64,000 nt of DNA from Pelagomonas calceolata (Eukaryota): positions 2,666,001-2,730,000 of the forward strand of contig CAKKNE010000005.1 of the NCBI GenBank assembly GCA_918797485.1, given 5' to 3'. Below, piece after piece: positions 11,467 through 23,501 of the stretch. The position numbers and the translations under genes are program-made. Under the pieces are notes generated by a model. The model saw only the letters and a list, made by a program, of their open reading frames with translations, was not told where the DNA came from and did not search any database. Position 1 is the first letter of the stretch. Each line of letters opens with the position of its first letter.

Positions 11467-14400
11467 ATGGACTACAAGGACGCCTACCACGCCCTGCGCT
11501 CGCAACATTCGGACCTCCAGCGCAAGTATCATGATAGAGCCGAGGAGCTGAAGCGCACGAATGTCCAGCTGTCGAAGATCGAGAACCTGATGCGGGCCAA
11601 GGAACGCATGGAGGGCGGCCCGCCGACGACTCTGGCCATGCGCGAGGAGAACGAGGCCATCATCAAGGGCTTGTATCAAGATAAAGCTCGGCTAGAACGT
11701 AGAAATGGTGAATTGGACCGGAAGTGCCGAGCGTTGGTCGATAGCCTCGAGAAGAAGAAACGGGAAGTTGCCGTGTTGAAACGAGCCGCGAGGACCGGGC
11801 CTCGACGTTTAGATAGGCCCACGACGGCGCCGGAGCACGTGGACTTGGGTGCTTCTCGAGTGTCGTTCTCGTCCAGTGGTGAAACGACGGGCCGACGGAA
11901 GAACGTCGATGCGCTCGTGGAAAAATTCAAGCGCCGCGTCGAAGAGGCCGAGGACCAGTTGCAACGCGTCAAGGAGGACAACAAGGAGTTGCGATCGAAG
12001 CTCCAAAGGCAAGGTAGGCCGTTAGTCGTGAACAGTGTGAAAGAAGTAAGATCGCCGATGGCCGACAAGAATAGAGGTTTCTCAGATGATAATAGTGAAT
12101 TGAGAGAGGCCAAAGCGGAAGCGCAGCTCCTGGAGATGCGCTATAAACAACTCGAAGAAAATACGCGCGCGCAGCGCGACGTGCAAAAGGCGCAGTTCGA
12201 CCAATTAGACGAATACAATAGACGTATCAGGGATCTGCGGCGGGCGTTGCAGGATTCCGAAACGGACAAGGACAAGTTGCGGCTGGACGCGGATCGCGTC
12301 GATGAGTTGCAGGAGCGCGTTACTGAATTACAGACGGCGAACCGACGCCTCGAAGACGAGCTGCTGAACTTGTCCGACGTTGCGTTGAACCAGGACTTTT
12401 CTGGACGTGATAGAGAGAAGGAGCGCGTCGCGCAACTGGAGAGGAACGACGCTCGGGCGCGGGCCGAGTTCGACAACCTGCGTAAAAGCGCGGAGGGCAC
12501 GCAGGAGGCCTTCGTGCAGCTCCAACAGCAGGTGGATGACCTACGAGCTGCTAAGCAGAGAGCTGAACATGAACTGCAGCAGCTCAAGCTTCGCAGTTCG
12601 ACCGAACAGGTCCAATCGACAGTCACGGAGGACAAAGCAAAGTTGTTCGGAGGCTTGGATGGTGTGGACATGGAGGAGCTCGAACGAGCGTTGACCATCG
12701 TCAAAAAACGAGAACACATGAAGAACCCCGATGATTTTGATTTCCTGGAAAAGATCGACCCGGAAATTGGCAATGACCTCAGGCAAGCGGACTTCAAGAA
12801 GAAGCTCGAAGAACTAAGGGAGCGCCATTTACAGACCCAGTACGAGCTCGAGCGAGCCGAGAAGATGCTCAAGGTCCAGATGTCGATTAACCGAGATTTG
12901 CACCTCGAGCTCGAGGACGCGTCCTCGAAAAAGTCGGCCAAGCATGCGGAGCTCTTGCAGAAGGTCGAGGATTATGAAGCGTTGAACGTGAAGCGGTTGC
13001 AGCGGATTCATACATTGGAGGCTCAGCTGAAACAAGCGAGGTATAGTACTGGTAAGTCAAAGCTCCGGAGCATTGATGAAGATGACCGGTCGGAGACCAC
13101 TGAATCGACGAACTTGTTGTTGGCGGAGTTGCAGGATGGCGATCTACAACCAGATGAAAATTTGGTCGAAGTGTGGGTCGTAAGTGCTTCGCTGGACGAA
13201 GGCGTCGTCTCCCCGAACGCCTCGACGTTCGCCGTCGTCGACTTCTTGACCTATGAAAGCCAGGCGACGCAGTGGTTGCCCGGGAGCAAGCCGGAGTTCG
13301 ACTTTGCTACCTCTTACAAGGTGTCAGTGGATGACTTGTTTTTGCGTTATCTGGCTACGGAATCATTATCCTTGGAGATCTGCGAGGCGCAACAAGCTGA
13401 TTATGAGTTATTAGCGAAGGCTTCGATCCCCTTAGCACCTTTGCTGGATAGCAAGCCTACTTTGATACTAGACAAGCAACCCCTGATAGCGGCTCGAACA
13501 GGCAGACAGGCTGGTTATGTACATGTGGAGATCCGCTTAGCTTTGCCAGTGACAGAATTATATCAAATGTTCTTAGATAGACATCCCGATCAAAGGGCGA
13601 CCATCGAGAAGGCCATGATGGAGACGCTCAACCAGCCCATGGTCGTCGGTGAGTCGGATGATAGTGCGAGACTCGAGAATGAAATAGAAGTCGTGGTCCA
13701 CTCGGCAGTAGACCTACCTACCAGAGAAGGGCGAAGCAAGCCGTCGCCGTACGTGCACTACCAGTTCCTGCAGTTCCAGGACGCCTTCACTCCAGTAACG
13801 AGATCTTCCTGCGACCCGACCTTCGAACATGTCCTGTCGTACCCGATGGCGACCACGACGCAAGCCTGCGCTTTATTGAGGACGGAGCGATTAACGTTCA
13901 CGGTCCTCGACTTTCAGGAGGAAAACGCGTCCATTGGCGACGCGGATGACGCGTTAATTGGTACGTGTGAAGTGCCTCTATCATTGTTGTCGGACGGCGA
14001 GTCCGTGTTCTCGACGGCTACGTTACTTAATGATACGGGCCGAGAGGTCGGCACGCTACGAGTTTGTGTGAGGTGGAAGCACGCGTTCAAGCAAGCGCGG
14101 ACGCCGGACGGCTCGGCTCTGGACGAGAAGGAGGTGAACTGGTGCTTGGAGCGGTTCTCGCCGCGCAAGGACGGCCAGGTCGACTACTTGTCGTTCCTCC
14201 ACGCGGTCGATGCGCCACCTCGCGTCGACGCGGCTCGTCAGGAATTGGTCCAATTTGTTGAGAAACGGCGCTTGGAGACCGGTGCGAGTGGCAGAGACAT
14301 TCTCGAGAGTATCGATGTGGAGGCTCTGTCTGAAGACGAGTTCGCCGATTCATTAAAGGCCATGGGCTGCCAATCGTCGGCCGACGAGTTGTGTGCGTTT

Positions 14401-17400
14401 TTACGACATGCTCGCAAGGCCCACTCCGGAAGGTTTGGACTTGAGGAACTGCTACAGGAATGCAGACGAGCGCCGCCCGCGGAAGCGTCGGTGCGAATCA
14501 AGATGAAGGCCCAGGCCGAAAGATTGAGACGTTTGGGAAGGGAGCTGGCCGGTCCCTTCGAGGACTTGGATCCGGCTCGCTCTGGGAGATTACCTCGGCC
14601 CCACTTCCGGCAAGGGCTACGAGGCCTCGGTTTTGATCTTGTCGATGAGCCCTCTCAGCAAGTAGAAGATATGTTTGAGGACAAGAGAAAACATGACGTC
14701 GCGCAACTGCTCGGCGCGGAGTTCGTGTCCGATGCCGAGTCTGAGGATGATTTGATCGATCGACACACGAAGGCCCGGCTCGCGGCGTTCGAGGTCGAAG
14801 AAGATCAGCAAAAGGCCTTTGAGGAGAAGATGCGTCGCATGGAAGAAGATAATCAACGTGCGTTGAGTGCGCCGGCGCCGGCGCCGGTCTTCGTGGAGCA
14901 GGACCCCATTCGGGGCTTGCGAGCGGAGGCGCCCGTGCCCTCATCACCTCCCGCGCATAGGGCGTCGGTCGAGGCCGTCAGGCCGGTCAGAGACTACGAG
15001 GATCTGAACGTGTCGGTCGCTGCGACACTACCTGTCCAGGATTCGAGGGAGGTCGAGACCTCTTCACTCTTAGACGCTGAGACAGCGTTATTAGCTGCAT
15101 TAGCGAAGAAGTCCTCTGACTTAGGGAAACAATTCAGAAAAGTAGATTCCTCCAGCAGCGGTGTTCTAGCCAGAAAAGAGTTCGCCTACGCGCTGGGCAA
15201 GAAAATACAACTTACCAGTGCTGATGTGGGATCACTCATGGACCACTTTTCTACATCAAGCGGCGTGGACTACAAAGCTTTCCTACGATTCGCCGAAGAC
15301 CAGAAGGTGCCTCTCTCGGCTGCCGCCAAGGCTCTGGATCGCATCGCCGTCCATGCTGGTACCCTACAGCGATTACAGTCCGCGGATTCATCGATGACGG
15401 GTAGTTTACCAGCCGACACCTTCGGTACGGTTCTCAGATCATTAGGCCACGACCTGGACGGTAATGAGTTACGCAACATCACGCAGCTCTTCCCTCCGAG
15501 ACGGGCGCCGAAGGGTGTCGAGCAGCACGTCGATTACGAAGCGTTTTACGAGGCCTGTGCCGATCGGAAGGCTTCGTTATCTTTGAAGGATGTCGATAGT
15601 CGCCTAAAAAAGGCCGTCCTTGACATACTTGCGAAGGGTGGTCCGGAAGCACTGAGGGAGGAGTTCCGTAGAGCAGACCGCCAGGGCCGCTCGTCGCTCG
15701 ATCGTACTGATGCGGAAGCGTTGTTAGACACGTTGTTGGGGTCGCCGGCGTGCTCCCGGGACGAAGCGCGAGCCGTCCTAGCGCGATTGGACTCGGTTGG
15801 CGATGGTGTGACGTATGATGCCTTGATAAAGTTCGCCAAGGAAGAAGAAGTGGTAAAGCCCTACTCCACAGAAACGCAGGACTGGGCCCACCTGAAGGTG
15901 CGCGTGAAGGCGTGTCTCGTTGAGTCGTACGATCGACTCGGTAATGAACGGGGCGACGCTGCGATCAAATCTTGCTTCAAGCGCTACGACTGGAAGGGCG
16001 CTGATGTTCTTTCTTCCGAACTCTTCGCCCAATCGTGTAGAAATGCGGGGATTTTACTGGGTGCCTCGGATCTAAGAGGTTTGGCAGAGAGGTTCGAGAC
16101 TGGAAGTAACACAGCCTACAGTCGGTTCCTGACCTGGGCCCTCGAAGCCGATGCACCTTCGACAAGAAAGGAGGAGAAGCACGCTCGAAGGGCCAAGGAA
16201 GCGCTGGAGCGGATCGCACCCTCGTTAAGGGAAGCGAGGAGGTGGGGCGTCCGCGCTTTTGAACGATACGATCGCGATGAAAGAGGTACTGTCGACAGAA
16301 GGGACTTCGAGCGCATCTTGGAGGACTTCAACTGCGACTTGGAGGGGAAGGAGCTGAAAGCTTTATGTCACCAGTATGCTAATGACGAGGGCATCGACTA
16401 CAAGTCCTTCGTGAAGGCAGTCGAGGGTGACAACGTAGAAAGCGTGCTGGTCGTCACGGCGGACGCCGCCGACGTGCTGCGGGATGCGCTCAAAGTCAAG
16501 GTGCGAGAAGGTATTGATTACCGAGCGGCCTTTGAGCGGGAAGACGGCTCGTACGCGGGCACGCTAGATAGGAAAGAAAGGGTCCTGAGGCAGTTAGACA
16601 TTAACTTGGAAGGGAAGCAACTCGACGATCTCGAGAGGAAGTTCCGAGCCGCTACGAGTGGCGGTATCCACTACGTTGAGTTACTTAACGCGGTATTACC
16701 TACACGACCTACAGTAGGAGACAATTGGAGGGTGGAGGAGAAGCTGCGGGCCATGATCAAGCGCCGCTTCGAGTGGTGGCAGCCCGGGGCGCTGCGGCGG
16801 GCCTACAAGCACTTTGATACCAAAAGGAAGAACAAGTTACTGCCTGCGGATCTGGCGGACGGTCTGAGAGCTCTCAAAGTTAAGTTAAGTGCACAGCAGG
16901 AACAGGATCTCTTCGACGGCATGGATTTAGATAAAGATGGTACGATATCATACACGGAGTTCATCGTCTTTGTGCGGGACCCCTGCCACCCCTTCCTCGA
17001 GCAAAAAGTACGGTATGCGACGCACCGAGCGAAATTACGACCGTCCGATGCGGAGGACGCGTTGCGGGATGTGGACGATAATAGATCAGGTTTGGTCGGT
17101 CTGCGGGACTTTGGAGTGGTGCTGGAGCGATTGGGTGTCGAGCTGACGTCTTCCGAGAGAAAACGCCTGGCGCAGCGGTTCGATGGGGATGAATCGGGCA
17201 ACGTGTCTTCCTCAGCGTTCCTGGCGTTCCTGAAGGGCGACGTCGAGAGTGGTGAGCAAGGTAATCCATCTCTAGCTTCGTTGAAACGGGAGCTGCGAAA
17301 CAGTAAAAAAGACATTGGCCGATGTTTTAGGGAGTTCGACGATGAAGATAGAGGTGTTTTGGGGTTGCGGGACTTCCGGCGGTTCCTGGAGGCGCTTGGC

Positions 17401-18459
17401 GTAGAGCTGGACGCGTCGGATGTCAAGGCCTGTGCGGAAGCGTTGGGCGACGACGGTCTGGTGTCCCTGAAAAAATTCCGGAAGTTCGCCGAGGACGAGT
17501 CGTCTGGAGATAATGATGATATGATCAGAAAGGCGGCGAAGAAGCTTAAGCTCTCTTCACGTGATGTGAAGAAGGCGTTCCTGCGCTACGACGAGGATAA
17601 TGAGGGCGAGGTGTCGTCGCGCAACTTCGAGCGCGCGTTGGAGCGCCTGGGCTTCGACCTCGACAAGGATATTATTGAAGCGTTCGACGGCAAGTATCTG
17701 AAATTCGTGAAGCTCATTGAGGGTGAAGACGAGGACGACGACGACGACGTCGACGGCGTCCTCAAGAAGCTGCGCAAAGAGTCGAGAGCTCTGCGCCGGT
17801 CGCTGGAGGGCGACATCTCCGAGCGCCGCCTGCGCAACGCGGCGGACGACGCCGGCGTGCGGCTGTCGACGCAGGACCTCAAGACGCTCACGAAGTCGTT
17901 CGAGGGCCGCCGCGACGACATCGACGGCGACAAGCTGCAGCGGGCCCTGTCCAAGGGCGACGCCAGCGACGACGACGACGACAAAATACTACGGAAGCTG
18001 TCCAAGGAGGTCAAGCGATTGAACAGGAAGGACCCCGACTACGAGCGGGTTTTGAGAGATTTTGAGCGCGATGAGGGTGAACTGTCGAAGAAAGATTTCC
18101 GGAAGGCCCTGGAGCGACTTGGTATGGAGTTCGACGATGACGATGTTGAGGAATTAGTTGAGAAATTTGGCAGGAGAGGTGTCGTGAAGTCGCGGAAATT
18201 CCTCGAGGCCATTGAGGAGGACCGCGAGTCGGACGACGACGACAAGGTCACGCGGGCTTGCAAAGGCAAGGAGAAGAAGCTCAAGAAGGCCTTTGAACGA
18301 GTTGATGAGGACGAGGAAGGTCGCGTGTCGCGGAAGAAGTTTTCTCGGGTTCTCGAGGATGTCGGTGTGGATCTGACGTCGCGGGATCTTGAGCGAGTAA
18401 TGGACAAGTTCGAGAAACGTGATAAAGTGGACTACGGGAAGTTCTTGAAATCTATTGCT

Positions 18460-18490
<31 letters not shown>

Positions 18491-19143
18491 TTTTTGGTGC
18501 CATAAAAAGCGCCTTGAAGGAGGCCAAGGACGAAGGTGAATCTCCGCTGAAGGTCTTCGAGAAACTCGACCGAGATTCCGCCGGTGAATTAGAGGCGGAC
18601 GACGTCAAGCGAGCTCTGAAAAAACTCGGCTACACGCCCACGGCCTTCGAGCTCAAAAAGTGCCAGGAGCGGTTCCCCGGGAAGAAGGAGGACGTCAACT
18701 ACGAGGACTTGGTTGGGGAGTTGCTGGGTTCCAAAAAGAAGCGTAGAGCCTCGTCTGACTCCGATGATGAAAGCGAGCGGGGCCGGTCGCCGTCGAAGTC
18801 TCGTTCTCATCTGAAGAAGCTCAAGAAGGAGCTGGCGAAGCTCGAAGATAAAAAAGGTCGGAGGCTGAAGTTCGACAAGTACTTCGAGGCCTACGATAGC
18901 GAGGGCAAGGACTACGTCTCCGAGCGCGACTTCCGGAAAGCATTACAGAAGCTCGGCGTCGAGTTAGATGATGACAAAAAGGCGTTCGAGGCATGTGCTC
19001 AAAAATGGGACAAGCGCGGCGACGGGCGGATACGGTGGCGCGACTTCGTATCATGGGCGCGGGACGACTCTTCCTCGGACGAGCGGAACCCGTCGCGGAC
19101 GCGCGAGCGGCGCAGTCGGTCGCGGTCGCGCGGTAGGAGGTGA
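11467..19143 (+). CDS. RPGRIP1L: RPGRIP1/RPGRIP1L-like ciliary transition-zone protein (coiled coil + two C2 domains) with long EF-hand array
   Basis: 2558-aa single ORF. N-terminal coiled coil; C2-like PDENLVEVWV..TFAVVDFLTYESQAT..PEFDFATSYKV; second C2 PSPYVHYQF; many EF-hand-like loops (e.g. DLDKDGTISYTEF, DRDERGTVDRRDF). Confidence 0.75.
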
Positions 19144-19442
19144 GCTTACAGCGGTGTTCCTTTTCCCCCCTCTTCCGCGTGTAAGGTAGCGATTACTGGT
19201 CTTCCTCTCCGGGTGCCACGACTATCTACCTCGACTAGTTGGCCGTTGACACGAACGTCCACGAACGCGGGCGCGAAACCCGAAACTCCCCCCCGTATTT
19301 TAACCGTGAAGGACGCATGCTACGGGCTTAAAGCGAAGGTCCAGCCGTCCGCGAAGCGACGGACCAATCAGTTCGGACCTCGACTCCCGGTCATGGCACG
19401 AGGCCTGTGGCAGCTCGACGTCGCCGCGGATCCCACAGCACA

Positions 19443-20296
19443 ATGAATGCAGTTATGATGAAACTGTTACTTGCACTTGCCGTCGGCTGTAATGCACTGG
19501 CACCTGCACAAATTTTGAGCCGTCGCGGCATTGCGAAGGCTGCGGGAGCCGGTGTGGCTGCCTTGGTTGCTCCCCAGGTTGCCAATGCCAAGGGCAAAGC
19601 GATGCCGCCGCCGAAAGCGGCCAAAAAGGAGAGCAAGAAGGCTGAGGCAAAAACTGCAGCACCGGATGGCGTCGCATTGATGAAGACCCTCTTCGTGCGC
19701 GGCGGCGTCTGAGAAAATCATCGCAACTCGCCCGTCTGGGCGATGCGCGGCTTTGCGTCGCTCCGACGCAATGTCATACGAGTGCTGGAGGGACCAGCAG
19801 TACGCCATCGAGCAAACGTCGCCTTCCCGCGCAGGACGGCAGCGTGCCCGCGGGTGGCATCGTCGCGTGGTACGAGAAGAATCTCGCCAAGGACTTTACC
19901 GCGGATTTCGCCGGCGGCAAGATCGTCTTCGACCGCAAGCAGTACATCGGTCTGACGAAGGACATCCTCGCGTCCGTGCCGGATTTTACCTACACGTCGC
20001 CGAAGCACGACTTCAAGAAGAAGGGCAAGAACCAGGTCACGTGGACGGCCGTGGTCAAGGGCACGCACACAGGCAAGCCCTACTCGCCGCTCAAGGGCGT
20101 ACCGCCGGCCAAGCCGAACAAGAAGGCCCCCGCAAAGCTCCAGAACGATCCGGAGGCCATCACGGTGACTCTCAACGAGGCGGGCCAGATGACCAAGCTC
20201 TCGGTCGCCGCGATCAAGGGCGGCAAGGGCTTCTCGGGCCCGGTCGGCTTCTACTTACAGATGGGTGGCGACCCGTCGAAGTTGCCGAAGGCCTAG
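19443..20296 (+). CDS. SnoaL/NTF2-like protein with plastid signal and twin-arginine thylakoid-lumen peptide, 2 exons (19443-19694, 19835-20296)
   Basis: MKLLLALAVGCNALAP, then LSRRGIAKAAGAGVAALVAPQVANA. Exon 2 has WTAVVKGTHTGKPY (ester-cyclase-like). The donor position is inferred. Confidence 0.6.
19695..19834 (+). mobile_element. Intron, degenerate introner-derived
   Basis: GTGCGC...GCGCAG, phase 0. Decayed TIR CTGAGAAAATCA at 19709 and internal TACGCCATCGAGCA at 19801. Confidence 0.5.
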
Positions 20297-20483
20297 GGAT
20301 CTAACAGTATTCACGACTACTCCGCTCGACTCGGATCTCAACACAAGGGTCATGGCCGGCGCGAGTGATGGGGAGTCGATGCGCGCCATACTTACGTACG
20401 GGCTAGGGGAAAGACGTGGGAGAGGGGAGTCGTAGTCGACGATCGCGCGGCGCCGGCCGCCGGCGGGGGAGAGGGGACCGCGT

Positions 20484-20793
20484 CTACTTGCGGTCGTCGC
20501 CCGACGGCTTCTTGCCGTCGTCGCCGGTGCCGCCGCAGACCATCTGGTTCGCGCACGTCGTCATGCACCCGTCGCAGGCCGTGTACTTCTCGGCGGGACA
20601 GTCCGTGCCCTCGGCGCCCTCCTGGCCCATGTCCATGCAGCCCTTGACGAGGCAGCGCTTCTCCGGGAACATCGCCACCCACTCGCAGCCCTTCTCCGAA
20701 GCCGTCTCGCCCGTCTTGTGCCATGCAGATTTTATCAGCGGCCGAGGCCGTCGACGCGCCGAGCGCGAGGCAGAGGATAGCTTTGAGCGTCAT
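20484..20793 (-). pseudogene. Small secreted Cys-rich protein interrupted by a 1-nt frameshift (or sequence error)
   Basis: Signal peptide MTLKAILCLALGASTASAADK continues as SAWHKTGETASEKGCEWVAMFPEKRCLVKGC only if one base of the T4 run at 20730-20733 is removed. Confidence 0.55.
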
Positions 20794-21198
20794 TTTGTTT
20801 GCCTGCGCGGCGTCAATTCGTCGTTACCACGTGCGAAACATCGGGGTGCGCGCGACGTGGCGGCGTGGCCGCTCTTTTGCTCGGCTTCAATTGCAGATTT
20901 CGAGCCAGCGGCAAGGCTTAAAATGGCGGCGAGAGCTCAAAATTGGGCCGAGGGGTGGTCTGGGAGTCTACTTAACCGCGCTGGGGCCTTACTTCTCTTG
21001 TCACGTGCGTATGCGTTCCAGCTGGAAAGCGCGTGCTAGTATCGATGTGCGCTAGTATTTTGGCGTCGACAAGGCCGAGGGTCCTCATCCAGTCGCTTCG
21101 TCGTGGTGTTTAGCTATTGATCATGTAAGCAATATATTACAGTCCTGGTTTCGCGCGCGCGACGACGCGGCATACGTAATCAACAAAAGGGCAAAGAG

Positions 21199-23061
21199 TC
21201 ACCAAGAGTCCTCCTCGTACTCCTCGAACTCCCACCGCGCCGCATAACACCCAAAGGTCTCGTCGAGCGGCACGGCGCGGTGCCGCCACTGCCGCGCGAG
21301 CGGGTGGTCCGGCTTCGCAGCAGCCGCGTCCCGCGCATCCGCCTTGCGCGCGCGGTCCACGAAGACCGCCGCGCGAGAAGAGCCGCGCTCTATCCTCGCC
21401 AAGACCCGCCACGCGTCCGCCTCGGTCCGGAGGTCGCGCTCTCGTCGCGCAAACCGCACCGCGCGCGCCGCGGCCCGCCGCGCGACGTCATGCCTCTCAA
21501 GCGACAGCTCGAACTTGGCGCGGCCCAATGAGACCCAGGGCGCCGCTCTTGGAGCTTTCCGTCGCGCTAATCGAGCCGCCCAGACGAAAAGCTTCCGAGC
21601 CCTCGATGCACCGGTTTCAGAAACACCATTGAGCGCTTGCCCCAGGGCCCACTCGGCGTGCGCCCACGCAAACACGAGCTGCACGAGGTCGTCGCCGCCC
21701 GACGCGCGCGCGCCGTCGTAGAACGCCCGCCGCGCGCTGTGCAGGCCCTGCACGGCGCAGTCCCGTACTAAATACTGCGCCGCCCACGTCGCCTCGAGCT
21801 CGCCCAGGGCCTTGTAGAGCTTGGCCGGGTTTTTCACACCCCCTTCGAGACCCGCGAAGATGATCTCCCGCGCTCGATCTTGGTCCACTTCTAGTCTAGC
21901 CCATTGCGCATGGACATCGGCATCGCGAGGAAACCGGACCGACGCCCGGCGACACAACGCCGCCGCGGCTTCGATATTGCCACAATCCTCCTCGAACCGG
22001 GCCCACGCGACCCACGGCGCGGCGGTGACGCCGTCCGGAGCCATTTCGTGCGTCCCTGGTGACCGCTTGATGAGACCGCAGGCGCGCTTATAAGCTGTTC
22101 GAGCTTCCTCGACTCGCCCGGCCTCCTCCTCGAGCCGCGCGATCGATAGTAAAGCCTCGTCGTGGCCCTTGATCGCGGCTCTTCGTAATTCTTTACGAGC
22201 AGCATCAGTAGCACCTTTCTTGTAGAGCTGGACACCTAACGCGTGTCTGAGGTGAGAATGGTCCGGGTGGATACCGACCGCCTTCCTTAAAATAGCTTCC
22301 GCGGCCTGGTCAGGATCGATGCTCGAACCGCCGCCGCCCGCCGCCAGTGCCAGAGCGTAGGCGTGCCACAGTCGCTCCGATTGCTGGGGCGGAACCTCAG
22401 CATCGAGAGCGCCTACTTTTGATAAACCCTTCTTGGCGAGTTGCGCGGCTTTCACTGGAAAACCCTCCCTGAGTTCTAGACGGGACCAGGCGTCCCAGCC
22501 CGCCACAAAGTCCGGGTCGAGCTTCGTGACGACTCCGTAGTGATTCCGGGCGCCTTCGATGTCGCCCGCGGCCTTGCAGGCCTGCGCTAGAGCCCTCCAT
22601 AATCTAGCATCTTTGGGGAGGTGCCGCGTGCCTCTTCTTAGTGCCGCTCGCGCCGATGACGGGTCCTTGAACTGTCTATGTAAGCGCGCGAGTCTGAGCC
22701 ACGCTAGAGCGGAATGCGAGGGCGCCAACGCGGTCGCCCGCCGGTAGAGTTCAAGGGCGTCCCGTGGTCTATCCAAAAACGCGGCCTCGGCGTCCTTGCG
22801 CATCTTCGCCGCGGCTCGATGCGCTTCGCGCGGGTTGGAGTACTTTTTGTCTTTGCCAAACGCGCGCGGCGTGAACTTGGGCGGCTTGTTGCCGCTTCCG
22901 CTGTTCTCCGTGCGCGGCTGGATGTCCGCTGGCGTCGAGCGGAAATCGGCCGGCGTCGAGCGGAGGGGCCTCGGGCCGCGGAGAACGGGACGCGGCGCCA
23001 GCAGCGCGGTGGACTGGAGAAGCGCCAGCAGGAGGGCCCATGGCCTCCGTCGTCGCTCCAT
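21199..23061 (-). CDS. HAT/TPR-repeat protein, probably plastid-targeted (HCF107/Mbb1-like)
   Basis: Signal-like N-terminus and repeated Trp-containing helices (AWLRLARL, GWDAWSRLE, PWVAWARFEE, FAWAHAEW). Confidence 0.65.
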   Translation of the reverse strand: MERRRRPWALLLALLQSTALLAPRPVLRGPRPLRSTPADFRSTPADIQPRTENSGSGNKPPKFTPRAFGKDKKYSNPREAHRAAAKMRKDAEAAFLDRPRDALELYRRATALAPSHSALAWLRLARLHRQFKDPSSARAALRRGTRHLPKDARLWRALAQACKAAGDIEGARNHYGVVTKLDPDFVAGWDAWSRLELREGFPVKAAQLAKKGLSKVGALDAEVPPQQSERLWHAYALALAAGGGGSSIDPDQAAEAILRKAVGIHPDHSHLRHALGVQLYKKGATDAARKELRRAAIKGHDEALLSIARLEEEAGRVEEARTAYKRACGLIKRSPGTHEMAPDGVTAAPWVAWARFEEDCGNIEAAAALCRRASVRFPRDADVHAQWARLEVDQDRAREIIFAGLEGGVKNPAKLYKALGELEATWAAQYLVRDCAVQGLHSARRAFYDGARASGGDDLVQLVFAWAHAEWALGQALNGVSETGASRARKLFVWAARLARRKAPRAAPWVSLGRAKFELSLERHDVARRAAARAVRFARRERDLRTEADAWRVLARIERGSSRAAVFVDRARKADARDAAAAKPDHPLARQWRHRAVPLDETFGCYAARWEFEEYEEDSW

Positions 23062-23501
23062 GGCGCGGCGACAGCGAGGCTGGACGACGATGAGGATGTG
23101 TCCAAGAGTCGCTGTACTGGGTTAATATCTGCCTGCTTGCCGTGGAGAAGGACAGGCGTGGCGCTCTAGCTTTGCTCAAGCGCACCCTAGCCTATAGACA
23201 CACTAGGATTTTGAAATGTCCCGTGCATCCTTCCAGGGCTCCGAGAGGAGGTCGCTCGGCCACAAACGGGTCCTATCGACGTGTTTCAGCTCCATCTCTG
23301 GAGCCATCTCAAGCTCCTGAGACATCTCACAGAGGGCAGAGTCTCTGCGCGCAGTGCACGAACGCGCGAGCCGACGTGGTCTAAGAGCCGTGTCTCGGAG
23401 CCCAGAAGCACAAGCGCCCAGCGAGACCGCTCAGCAGGAGCCGTCTCAGCCGACCCACCGCACATCTGGTCCAAAAAGTTGAGACTAACACGCAGACAAC
23501 G

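Noticed and set aside
20416..21039. 207-aa + strand ORF
   Set aside because: Antisense to the Cys-rich secreted gene and extends into intergenic DNA; no coding signature.
22920..22965. RSTPADF/RSTPADI duplication
   Set aside because: Simple in-frame slippage in a transit-peptide region.
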